Below, piece after piece: positions 1-7,882 of a stretch of DNA of 64,000 bases; the first letter of the stretch is position 1, and each line of letters opens with the position of its first letter. The DNA comes from a virus, in IMG/VR virus record IMGVR_UViG_3300044970_001982, positions 32,001 through 96,000 of that record; one strand, written 5' to 3'. The notes beneath the pieces were generated by a model, which worked only from the letters and a program-made list of their open reading frames with translations, was not told where the DNA came from and did no database searches. Made by a program: the position numbers and the translations under genes.

Positions 1-294
1 AGCGCTGCTCATCCATACATCTGAGTTTAAAAGAGCTATAATATCAGATTCTCCAGAAGCCGCTAACTGATTGCAGGCGGCAGAATATCCTATATTGTCA
101 TTGTCATAGAATTTCTTTATTTTATATCTGCCATAATTATATTTTAACCAGTAAACACTATCATCTTTTGATCCATTATCCGCTATGTGCAAATTCCATA
201 CCTTAGGCGTTTCATGAAGATCATGATGGAGACAGTCTAGAAACCTATTTAATAATGGCCTAGTGCCATAGTTTACTACGCAAAGATCTATCAA
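1..294 (-). CDS. Family 2 glycosyltransferase (GT-A fold, WbbL-like), N-terminal 98 aa; runs off the left edge; absent from the ORF track
   Basis: Manual translation from TTG at 294 (GGTGA RBS-like sequence at 301-305): MIDLCVVNYGTRPLLNRFLDCL...WNLHIADNGSKDDS...NDNIGYSAACNQLAASGESDIIALLNSDVW. It has the GT2 hallmarks: N-terminal VVNY strand, DNGSxD, NxGxxxAxN and LLNxD. Frame is open to position 1. Confidence 0.9.
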   Translation of the reverse strand, partial: MIDLCVVNYGTRPLLNRFLDCLHHDLHETPKVWNLHIADNGSKDDSVYWLKYNYGRYKIKKFYDNDNIGYSAACNQLAASGESDIIALLNSDVWMSSA

Positions 295-300
295 ATTAAA

Positions 301-567
301 TCACCACTTTACAACTGTTTTAAATGCTTCTGATGGACTAAATCCAAAGTCTACTAGGGTAAGAAATTCATCCTCTATATAATCTAGTTGATATGTGGGA
401 TAAAATTCTATTAACCTATTTAAGTATTGGCCTATAGACGGATCTAATTCTTTTCTATCCAATTTTTTTCTAGAGTTTCTACTACCAATGCTAGCGCCCA
501 AGATAAACATGAACGTTATAAACGCTAGTTTATCACCATTCTTCATAGTTCTCTTCGGAATTGTCAA
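301..567 (-). CDS. Hypothetical protein with N-terminal hydrophobic anchor
   Basis: ORF track; LAFITFMFILGASIG hydrophobic segment; tightly packed with neighbours; true start may be the second Met. Confidence 0.6.
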   Translation of the reverse strand: MTIPKRTMKNGDKLAFITFMFILGASIGSRNSRKKLDRKELDPSIGQYLNRLIEFYPTYQLDYIEDEFLTLVDFGFSPSEAFKTVVKW

Positions 568-781
568 AATAGTTTTCGTATGCTTGATTACGGACCATAT
601 CTGCTACTGCCCTAAAAGAATCTGAATATTCATCTTCCTGTTGAGTCGCTAAATAATCATAGGTTTCAGCTATATGTAAAGCTGTATCATAGTCTACAAC
701 TATTGCCGTTTGACCATGAAGAAGTTTTACACTTAACTTCTTCTTATTATTCTGCTTCTTTGACATTATCTTCTTTCTCAC
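533..781 (-). CDS. Hypothetical protein (probable start at 766, MSKK)
   Basis: ORF track; overlaps with both neighbours in the co-oriented run. Confidence 0.6.
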   Translation of the reverse strand: MRKKIMSKKQNNKKKLSVKLLHGQTAIVVDYDTALHIAETYDYLATQQEDEYSDSFRAVADMVRNQAYENYFDNSEENYEEW

Positions 782-965
782 TATCTATTTTATAAAATGA
801 AATATTATCTGTATCTGGTTCAAATGTAATAAAAAATATATTCTTGTCTTCAGGTTTATATCCTTCTGGCGGTGGAGTTTCCACTGCTATCTTTTTAGAA
901 GAACAACCATATACTTGACTGTGATTTTTGTAGATTACTACATAATTAAGCTTTGATGCCGGCAT
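747..965 (-). CDS. Hypothetical protein
   Basis: ORF track; fits the gene packing between dCMP deaminase and the next ORF. Confidence 0.6.
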   Translation of the reverse strand: MPASKLNYVVIYKNHSQVYGCSSKKIAVETPPPEGYKPEDKNIFFITFEPDTDNISFYKIDSEKEDNVKEAE

Positions 966-1425
966 TTTGTACCTGTATTACCTCAATATTGTTTTGTCTT
1001 AAGAATTTTTTTACATCTTCCCATTGTGCGTAAGCGGTGTCTGCCATATAGTATATTGTACTTACGGTTGAATTAGCTATTAGCTTTGCACAGGAATAAC
1101 AGGGTGGTCCATTTATGTATATTTTTTTTGCCCTAGCAGAATAATCTGAGTGAAGTAGAGCGTTTGCTTCTGCATGAATCGCTATGCAGTTATCATAGTT
1201 GGATCCGTTTTCTGAATTTTGCAACAGTCTTGGACAACCGCCATCTTCACAATGAGTTGAGTTTCTTGGGCCACCATTATACCCCATTCCAACTATATGA
1301 CCTAGCTCATCCACTAATACTGCAGCGTATTTTCTTTTGCCACATGTAGAGAATATCTTAGATGCCTCAATACAAAGTTGCATGTATTGCATATCTTTTC
1401 TAGATACGTCTGGATAAAATCTCAT
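946..1425 (-). CDS. dCMP deaminase (zinc-dependent deoxycytidylate deaminase family)
   Basis: HAEANAL and PCYSC zinc-binding/catalytic motifs, STC..R and GYNG motifs; neighbours thyX and RNR. Confidence 0.92.
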   Translation of the reverse strand: MRFYPDVSRKDMQYMQLCIEASKIFSTCGKRKYAAVLVDELGHIVGMGYNGGPRNSTHCEDGGCPRLLQNSENGSNYDNCIAIHAEANALLHSDYSARAKKIYINGPPCYSCAKLIANSTVSTIYYMADTAYAQWEDVKKFLRQNNIEVIQVQNAGIKA

Positions 1426-1580
1426 AATACAACACTGGCAGCTGCTAGTGCTCCAGTCATAAGGGCTAAGAATACTGCTAACGATCTTTGTCTGCTATTT
1501 TTTAAATTTTGATTTAGCATTTGCATACTTATAGACCAGTTAATTAGAACTGTAAAAACAACTATTCTGAATATATCCAT
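1422..1580 (-). CDS. Small membrane protein (52 aa, two hydrophobic segments); below the ORF-track cutoff
   Basis: Manual translation MDIFRIVVFTVLINWSISMQMLNQNLKNSRQRSLAVFLALMTGALAAASVVL*. It fills the gap exactly, with a TAATG overlap with thyX and an ATGA overlap with the deaminase. Confidence 0.8.
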   Translation of the reverse strand: MDIFRIVVFTVLINWSISMQMLNQNLKNSRQRSLAVFLALMTGALAAASVVL

Positions 1581-2302
1581 TACTGCGTTTTCGTTAAGAG
1601 TTGAATTGAAACAGGGAACTTTTCCATTGCAAGAATACTAACTGCTTTAGCGTAGTCTTGTATTTCTTTTTGAGAATCTTCAGCCAATCTCTGACTTAGA
1701 AATAGGGCTACAGATTGCAAGCTACAAGACCACCTATATACCACGTGCATGGCATATGCTGGTAAAAACAGTCTAGCCTGCTCTGGTGCAACACCATTCT
1801 GCATGGCCATACTATATAGGGCTTCTCCCTGTTTAATATAATCTTGCAGTTCTTGTGTAATCAGAGATCCAGTCCATGGATCTATTGGACCGCCAGATCC
1901 CTGCTTCTTGTTGTCGGGGGCTAATCTCCACTGCTCACTTGTTGGTATATAAAATTCAGGTTCCATTGTTATGTATCTTCTACTAGATTCATTCCAGGAA
2001 TCCATGGTGTGATCTGAACCAACAACATATTTCCAGTGTTGACGTGCAACCATTAATGGAGCTTTAAATTCAAATGTCATAAAAGCATGTCTAAACGGCG
2101 ACATATGGTTTTCTCTAACCAAAAACTCTAGAAGTCTACCATCTTGAACAGACATTTCTTTTGACTCTTTTGCAAAAGAAGCCCTAGCAGCGTTGACTAC
2201 AGATAGGTCTGATCCCATCCAGTCAACTAATCTTACATATCCATTGTTCAATACTGTTATGATTCTATCTTCAGTAAAATCCGTCTCCGGTATCATCTTC
2301 AT
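1580..2302 (-). CDS. thyX: Flavin-dependent thymidylate synthase ThyX, variant motif
   Basis: GYVRLVDWMGSDLSVVNAARAS, HMSPF, FKAPLMVARQ, NESSRRY, APEQARLFLP, QKEIQDYA. The RHR motif is replaced by KYV. Start may be at 2296. Confidence 0.9.
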   Translation of the reverse strand: MKMIPETDFTEDRIITVLNNGYVRLVDWMGSDLSVVNAARASFAKESKEMSVQDGRLLEFLVRENHMSPFRHAFMTFEFKAPLMVARQHWKYVVGSDHTMDSWNESSRRYITMEPEFYIPTSEQWRLAPDNKKQGSGGPIDPWTGSLITQELQDYIKQGEALYSMAMQNGVAPEQARLFLPAYAMHVVYRWSCSLQSVALFLSQRLAEDSQKEIQDYAKAVSILAMEKFPVSIQLLTKTQ

Positions 2303-2666
2303 CCTCTATGTTCATCATATCATCATGATCATCTTCATCACAATCTTCATCTATTATAGCAAGTTCTACAAATTTATCCTGCATACAATCGTTGAAATCT
2401 TCTGATATTTTGTATATTGACGCTATCAACTCAGCAACCTCTCCCTCTGGATCCTTTAATAAACTTTCGTCTTGAAGGATTGATAGTATAATCTCACTTA
2501 TATGAGATACGCAGTCAGAAAGAGATTGCTGAACCAATACCAATTCTTTAATACCAAGTGTTATGTCAGATTTATAAGTTTCAGACATGTTTTTTAAATC
2601 TTCCGAATTAACTATTTCGGAAAATATTTTTTCAAAATCTTCGTTATCAAAGTTTTCTTTTGACAT
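2271..2666 (-). CDS. Acidic hypothetical protein
   Basis: ORF track; AAAGGA RBS upstream; very D/E-rich C-terminal tail. Confidence 0.7.
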   Translation of the reverse strand: MSKENFDNEDFEKIFSEIVNSEDLKNMSETYKSDITLGIKELVLVQQSLSDCVSHISEIILSILQDESLLKDPEGEVAELIASIYKISEDFNDCMQDKFVELAIIDEDCDEDDHDDMMNIEDEDDTGDGFY

Positions 2667-2687
2667 TGGGCGTCCTTTATCGTTAGA

Positions 2688-4622
2688 TTATTTTATTGGA
2701 CAATATCCACCTTCGCACTCCAGGCTATCAATTAAGTCAAGATTACTAGAATCTGTAAAGGTTAGATCTGATTTAATTTTTGACTTAAGTTTGAGATAAG
2801 TATCTGAATCAATCTCTTCATATGGAGCAAGATTGAAACCATGATCGCTATGAAGAAGGAAAGATACTGATTTGACCTTATTCTTATAGTTCTTTTTCAT
2901 CCACTCTTGAATTTCAGGAAGTTCTTCTTTTCTATAGTAAACTGTTACTGAAACATTGTTATCTGCCCATATTGACTGAGCTTTAACAACCCATTCCAAT
3001 TGCTGGATAGCTGTTAAGTCTTTTGCAAGAGTTGCATGCTCGGGTGTTTGACATGGGAACTCAACTACACATATGGTGTGATTTTCTTTTCCATCTAAAC
3101 CAATGTCGTATTGGACCTTATAACCTTTTTCTCTACAATAGTTAACGAGTGGATCATTAGATCCCATTCTAACTCGTCTAATGTAGTACTTGGCGTAGGC
3201 TGGATGAATTCCAGGCGTAACACCAGCTAGAAGACTTAAGGTTCCACTAGGCTTCACTGTTGTTAGTTTTATTGAAGGGTTAATATTGATATTTTTTGAC
3301 CAGTCAATATCAAAATTCTTTAAACTTTTATAAGCTTCATCAACCCAAGAAAGCTGTTCATCTGTTGCTTGCAACCACCCAGTAATACCCTGGCCTAGTC
3401 TTCTATTCTTTTCGATGACATCTTGACTCTTTTTATACGGATAAGATAGGGTTGTTATAGCCTTTTGAGTCTTGTACAAAAGCTTGCTAAGATCTAATAA
3501 TTCTTCTTTTGAAGATATATTAGGAAGGAATATCTCCGCTAGATTGCATGGTTCGCCATCCTCTAATCCAATTTCTCCACAAGGATTTGTTCCAATAACC
3601 TTGCTATCGTTTGCCTTTTCTCCTAAGCGACCATTCTTGCGAATCAGATTTCTATTAATAAGACCATAAGGCTCTCCTGATCCATCGTAGCCCTTCCAGA
3701 ACTCATCAATAATTTCTTCATAGGAGTCCGCATATATTGAATTATTTGAGTTGGCACGCCATGCTGGAATATCGCCCTTACCCCAATTCTTTGCTCTTAA
3801 GAAAAGAAAGTCATCAGGATCACCTATAGCTATTTGTGCTGATCTTCTAGCTGACCCTGCAACTACAATCTTTCCAATAATATTAGCTATGTCAAGCGCG
3901 TCAATAGATCTAATCTTTTTACCAATTCTTGAATCTAGTATGTCGCATATATTCTTTATGCCCTCAATTAATACCTCTGGTCCGGATGCTGTTCCGCCAA
4001 ATGTCTTTAGTGGAGCACCGTATCCTCTAATTAAAACTGTGCTATAGCTAAATGATTCACCTGTAAAGAAATAGCTATCCAGCACTCTACCAATTAGAGA
4101 TGACCAGCCTTTTCTAGAATCGGGAACAATAAAGTCTGCGTCATTTGATTTGATATGTTCAATTTTATCTACTTGTTTAACTTTTGGAAAATCATGGACG
4201 TTTGCTCTTTCAACAGTAAACCCTACTCCACCACCAACCATTAAGTGGTCCATTAAGAACTGAAAATCTTCTACCTTAGATATAGTTGTCATCCAACAAT
4301 TTACTAACGAAACCCCACTCATCTTCTCAACTAACGGAGTGCCTAACTGCCACAAGCAGCGTCCAGCAAAAATGCCCTTTAGATTGAAGATGTAATCAAA
4401 CAATCTTTCGGCTTCATCCTTAGTGTACCCAGCACCTATTGCCTGGGCTCCGTTTATGCAGCGTGCTATTGTTTCATGCCAATATTCTTTTCTGCCAAGA
4501 GACTCTATATCTCTAGAATATGTTCTTCTATAGACTATTTCTCCCAATCCATTAAAGCCCCATGGTGCGATTTTATCTGCGTAGGAATTTACAAACTCCT
4601 CAGAAAGAATATTGCTTTGCAT
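2688..4622 (-). CDS. nrdJ: Class II (adenosylcobalamin-dependent) ribonucleotide reductase, monomeric RTPR-like type
   Basis: YRRTYSR, NCW, RRSAQIAIG, TNPCGEI (thiyl Cys), CNLAEI, TTVKPSGT, C-terminal CEGGYCPIK redox pair; no small-subunit gene adjacent. Confidence 0.92.
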   Translation of the reverse strand: MQSNILSEEFVNSYADKIAPWGFNGLGEIVYRRTYSRDIESLGRKEYWHETIARCINGAQAIGAGYTKDEAERLFDYIFNLKGIFAGRCLWQLGTPLVEKMSGVSLVNCWMTTISKVEDFQFLMDHLMVGGGVGFTVERANVHDFPKVKQVDKIEHIKSNDADFIVPDSRKGWSSLIGRVLDSYFFTGESFSYSTVLIRGYGAPLKTFGGTASGPEVLIEGIKNICDILDSRIGKKIRSIDALDIANIIGKIVVAGSARRSAQIAIGDPDDFLFLRAKNWGKGDIPAWRANSNNSIYADSYEEIIDEFWKGYDGSGEPYGLINRNLIRKNGRLGEKANDSKVIGTNPCGEIGLEDGEPCNLAEIFLPNISSKEELLDLSKLLYKTQKAITTLSYPYKKSQDVIEKNRRLGQGITGWLQATDEQLSWVDEAYKSLKNFDIDWSKNININPSIKLTTVKPSGTLSLLAGVTPGIHPAYAKYYIRRVRMGSNDPLVNYCREKGYKVQYDIGLDGKENHTICVVEFPCQTPEHATLAKDLTAIQQLEWVVKAQSIWADNNVSVTVYYRKEELPEIQEWMKKNYKNKVKSVSFLLHSDHGFNLAPYEEIDSDTYLKLKSKIKSDLTFTDSSNLDLIDSLECEGGYCPIK

Positions 4623-5322
4623 TTTTTTCTCCTAAATTACTGATATATTTTTTGTTTGTTTTTAATAATTCTGCTGACTTAATCTTAACTATTTGATCTA
4701 TATTATATACCTTATGTATCTGCTTCTCAAAGAAATAGCCACTTCTCCAATTAAACACTTTATCTACATAAAGTTTGTGATTAATAAACACGTTACATAT
4801 AACTGCTCCGCCATATGCTTTAACTAAGTTTGCAAATTTTGTTTTTAAATCTGGTATATCAACATTTTCTAAATCTTCTAGATCTTCTGCTTTTCCATAG
4901 ATCCAGTTAAAAGCTTGTCTAGTAATAGGTGATATGTCTATTGGATCTATTACACCAATTGATATAACGCTACTTCTATTTTCGGAAATTTTTATATCTT
5001 CCTTTAAAACATCTATATACATAGAAAACCAGTCGTGCTGATCGAATTGCTTCCATCCAGTACACCAGAATAGTAAATTTTTTGGCTGTTCTGGTATTGG
5101 TGTTTTTTCTACAAATGGTAGTAGGGTTGCGCAAGCGATAGCTCTCTTAACATAGTTTTTTGCATCTTGTTCGTTTTTGAATTTATTTGTAGAATTCTTC
5201 CACAATGATGCTATGTGTTCTGACCAATCTATATTTGCTACATATAACTTTAGATACTTTTCAGCAACTGCGATTGATAGATTGTTTGTATCTACCACTT
5301 CTTTTGCTTGCTGTATAGACAT
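4600..5322 (-). CDS. Hypothetical protein, first gene of the nucleotide-metabolism block
   Basis: 240-aa ORF with AAGGGA RBS; no motif recognised. Confidence 0.75.
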   Translation of the reverse strand: MSIQQAKEVVDTNNLSIAVAEKYLKLYVANIDWSEHIASLWKNSTNKFKNEQDAKNYVKRAIACATLLPFVEKTPIPEQPKNLLFWCTGWKQFDQHDWFSMYIDVLKEDIKISENRSSVISIGVIDPIDISPITRQAFNWIYGKAEDLEDLENVDIPDLKTKFANLVKAYGGAVICNVFINHKLYVDKVFNWRSGYFFEKQIHKVYNIDQIVKIKSAELLKTNKKYISNLGEKNAKQYSF

Positions 5323-5376
5323 TGTAAATCCCTTATAAGTTCAGATAAAATTATGTAAACTTGTATACTAGTGTCA

Positions 5377-5416
5377 GAAAACAAGCAACCCCGTCTATTC
5401 TGACGGGGCAACTTGT
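5377..5416 (-). terminator. Intrinsic terminator between the structural/lysis genes and the metabolism block
   Basis: Minus strand ACAAGttgCCCCGTC-agaata-GACGGGGttgCTTGT followed by TTTCT; GC-rich stem in an AT-rich gap. Confidence 0.75.
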
Positions 5417-5428
5417 GTTCTAAGATCT

Positions 5429-5448
5429 CATGCTACCATTATAGCATG
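5429..5448 (-). promoter_or_regulatory. Extended -10 promoter (TGCTATAAT, 5446-5438) inside the inverted repeat CATGCTA-N6-TAGCATG
   Basis: Perfect TGnTATAAT in an intergenic gap, overlapped by a 7-bp inverted repeat. Confidence 0.5.
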
Positions 5449-5466
5449 GTCTTGAAGAAAATGTTG

Positions 5467-5667
5467 TTAGCTTTTGAGTGTAGCTGCAGATTCTGGGTTT
5501 CCAACTTTTGTAGCCACAAAACCCTTTATTACGCTTATGCCTGCTGCTACTGCTGCAGTCGCTGCTGACTTCAGTTCATCAACACCACCTACAGTATACA
5601 CTGCAATAAACGCCTGAGCTGCTGTCCATATTGCTCTTTCGATAATATCTTTGTGTAATTTTGTCAT
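5467..5667 (-). CDS. Holin, r1t-like family
   Basis: 66 aa; ERAIWTAAQAFIAV...AAVAAGISVIK matches the ERAxxTxAQ pattern of r1t-type holins common in actinophages; AAGGA RBS. Confidence 0.8.
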   Translation of the reverse strand: MTKLHKDIIERAIWTAAQAFIAVYTVGGVDELKSAATAAVAAGISVIKGFVATKVGNPESAATLKS

Positions 5668-5677
5668 TTATAATCCT

Positions 5678-5992
5678 TTACTTTGAAAAACTTTTTCTAA
5701 CCAGCTTCTCTATAAGAAGATGAAATGTTAAACCTAGCCACACTCCTGTAAAAATACTTCCTGATAATGGTTTTTCTGTTAATCTCCAAAAAGATCTAGT
5801 TAATGTTTCAATCTTTTTAGACTTTATAGCATAAATATCGTATGCTATAATTCCTAATGCCAACCCACCCCAGGCAATGGTGCCACTTTTCCTATCTTGT
5901 TTATCAAGAATTAGGGGAGTGGAGAGGGCATCAGAGAGCTTGTGCTGAAGGGACGCCATACCATTCTTGGACTTTTTCGCGACCATACTCAC
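5678..5992 (-). CDS. Membrane protein resembling a common actinobacteriophage family; start uncertain (possibly 5959)
   Basis: AWGGLALGIIAYD...ETLT...VWLGLTFHLL, two hydrophobic segments; adjacent to the holin. Confidence 0.65.
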   Translation of the reverse strand: MSMVAKKSKNGMASLQHKLSDALSTPLILDKQDRKSGTIAWGGLALGIIAYDIYAIKSKKIETLTRSFWRLTEKPLSGSIFTGVWLGLTFHLLIEKLVRKSFSK

Positions 5993-6557
5993 TCGTTACA
6001 TTAGCTTGACCATAATCAGCTGTGAATACAACTGAACTGGTGACGCCGTTATGACGAGCTGGCTGGAAGAATCCGAATGAACTAGGAGCTCCCTCTGCTT
6101 CAGTTCTTTGACCATGACCGGTGTTTGCAAAAACATTTGATGATGTAACACCGTCGAAAATATAATTGTTATAACTATAATCACTTGTTCTATCTGCATG
6201 ACCAAAGTCTGACGGGAAGGCCTTAGCTCCTGTTAATCCCTTAAACTCTAGTGGACGGAATCTTGCGCCTTCATAAGTTGCTGTACCATCAGCAAAAGTT
6301 CCTGATAGTGGATGAATGTATAGTGTAGATCCAACAAATATCTGTGACAAGAAACGATTACCAGGATGCTGACCAGTACCTGGTACATAGTGATTGTCTG
6401 GTGCACCGTCCAAAACATGGCTTGTGCTATACAAAGGATAGAATGAGTAAGTGCCTGTGCCCTTGCTCTTTCCAGTCATTGTGGTATATGGATTGACCAT
6501 TTCCGCAGTTGATCTGCCCTTTAGAACTGGTCTAGGTCCTACATAAAAAGTGGCCAT
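5931..6557 (-). CDS. Gly/Ser/Thr/aromatic-rich late protein of unknown function, with internal repeats
   Basis: 208 aa; strong AGGAG RBS; preceded by the candidate late promoter; repeats DGVTSSNVF / NGVTSSVVF. Confidence 0.75.
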   Translation of the reverse strand: MATFYVGPRPVLKGRSTAEMVNPYTTMTGKSKGTGTYSFYPLYSTSHVLDGAPDNHYVPGTGQHPGNRFLSQIFVGSTLYIHPLSGTFADGTATYEGARFRPLEFKGLTGAKAFPSDFGHADRTSDYSYNNYIFDGVTSSNVFANTGHGQRTEAEGAPSSFGFFQPARHNGVTSSVVFTADYGQANVTSEYGREKVQEWYGVPSAQAL

Positions 6558-6587
6558 TTTATTTCTCCTTATAAAAATATTGTATGG

Positions 6588-6619
6588 TTATAGTAATTAA
6601 AAATAAGATTTTTAAACTA
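6588..6619 (-). promoter_or_regulatory. Candidate phage late promoter TAGTT-N18-TTACTATAA
   Basis: Same two boxes with the same 18-nt spacer recur upstream of the tail sheath gene (58163-58194). Confidence 0.65.
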
Positions 6620-7882
6620 GTTATATTCAACAATTAAGTCTGACAAAATTGGTGGGGTACTGTCATTTGCCATATTTAAAGTAACCTCAATCCAAACATG
6701 GTTATTTGCACCGGGGTTTTCCAAAGAGTATGTTCCGCTGTCGTCGTATATTATTCGATAACTAAAAACATCATCGATTTGACTCAGGGGAACATTATAT
6801 ATCTTTGGTGTTACATTTGTAATTTCATTTATAATATCTCCAGAGGCGGGAGTATACTTAATTATTGTTCTTCCTGTTGGGAGGAACTTCTCATATCTTA
6901 TATCCAAATCTGAAAGACCATAGGTATAAATAAACTTACCTAGTTCTGTCATATAATTTCTTTGATTAAACTTTATTCTTATTGCAGTTATATCTGTTTC
7001 TGGAAATAGAAAATACAAAGGACCAGAATTTCTAACTGTATCAGATCCAGCCGTGTACCAACCACCAGGTGCAACTTTGCCAACAGCTGAAGTATCTGAA
7101 TCATAGTACGCATTTTTGTTTAGTGGTATCCAAGTATCCGAAGAAGATAGTGTAGGATTTGCTTTTGTTGTATATTCTATTGAATAAATATCGCATCCAA
7201 AAGCTGGATATGGATTTAGCTTAATCATGTTTGTTTTCAATGATCCAGCTAACTCAGCAGGTATTTTTATGTACAGCATCATTTGCGCACCAGTAGTTGG
7301 GTTTGTTTCAGAGATTACATTTCTTCTCCAAACCTTATCTGAGGCATCTAGTATTGCATTGTAGATTGGCGTTGTGTCTACGACTGCGCCAGTAGTGTCA
7401 ACTCCAGGGTATGATAGGTCTATTGTTGCCTTAAAATAGTCTGGAACTATTTGGCCTATTCCAGCTTGTCCAAACTTTAATTTTGAAAATGACCCACTGG
7501 ATACCCTGGGTAAAGATATTACATTATAGGTTGGATCAAAGCTTAACAGCTCTGTGCCAGCTACAGCAAAACTTGTTGAGATAAAACTTGAATAGTCCAA
7601 TTGAGAGAATGAATGTATGGAAAGATATCCGCTCGCCTGTTCTAATGCCGAGACTCTATCTCCAAGATCTTTTATGGCGTTTGTTAAATAAATATGATCT
7701 TTAAGTACTCGTTCAAAAACGGTACTTAATCTATTGTCTACAATGTTTGATTTATTATACAAGTATACTAAATCTTGATAATTTTCTTCTATCCTAGCAT
7801 TATAGTCTGAGCTATCTACTGGACCATTATATTTATAATCTCTTTTTTGAGTTCTGATTATATCAGCCATGTTATTCGCCAT
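6617..7882 (-). CDS. Peripheral baseplate/tail structural protein (paralogue family member)
   Basis: N-terminal coiled coil (SSDYN...QDLVYLY) followed by beta-rich domains; shares motifs with the three upstream large ORFs. Confidence 0.65.
   Translation of the reverse strand: MANNMADIIRTQKRDYKYNGPVDSSDYNARIEENYQDLVYLYNKSNIVDNRLSTVFERVLKDHIYLTNAIKDLGDRVSALEQASGYLSIHSFSQLDYSSFISTSFAVAGTELLSFDPTYNVISLPRVSSGSFSKLKFGQAGIGQIVPDYFKATIDLSYPGVDTTGAVVDTTPIYNAILDASDKVWRRNVISETNPTTGAQMMLYIKIPAELAGSLKTNMIKLNPYPAFGCDIYSIEYTTKANPTLSSSDTWIPLNKNAYYDSDTSAVGKVAPGGWYTAGSDTVRNSGPLYFLFPETDITAIRIKFNQRNYMTELGKFIYTYGLSDLDIRYEKFLPTGRTIIKYTPASGDIINEITNVTPKIYNVPLSQIDDVFSYRIIYDDSGTYSLENPGANNHVWIEVTLNMANDSTPPILSDLIVEYN

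Noticed and set aside
5381-5448. Cobalamin riboswitch upstream of the nrdJ operon
   Set aside because: The gap is short and I could not find the B12-box consensus; a simple terminator explains the hairpin.
5996-6205. 69-aa minus-strand ORF nested in the 208-aa gene
   Set aside because: Alternative frame fully inside a better-supported gene; no independent support.
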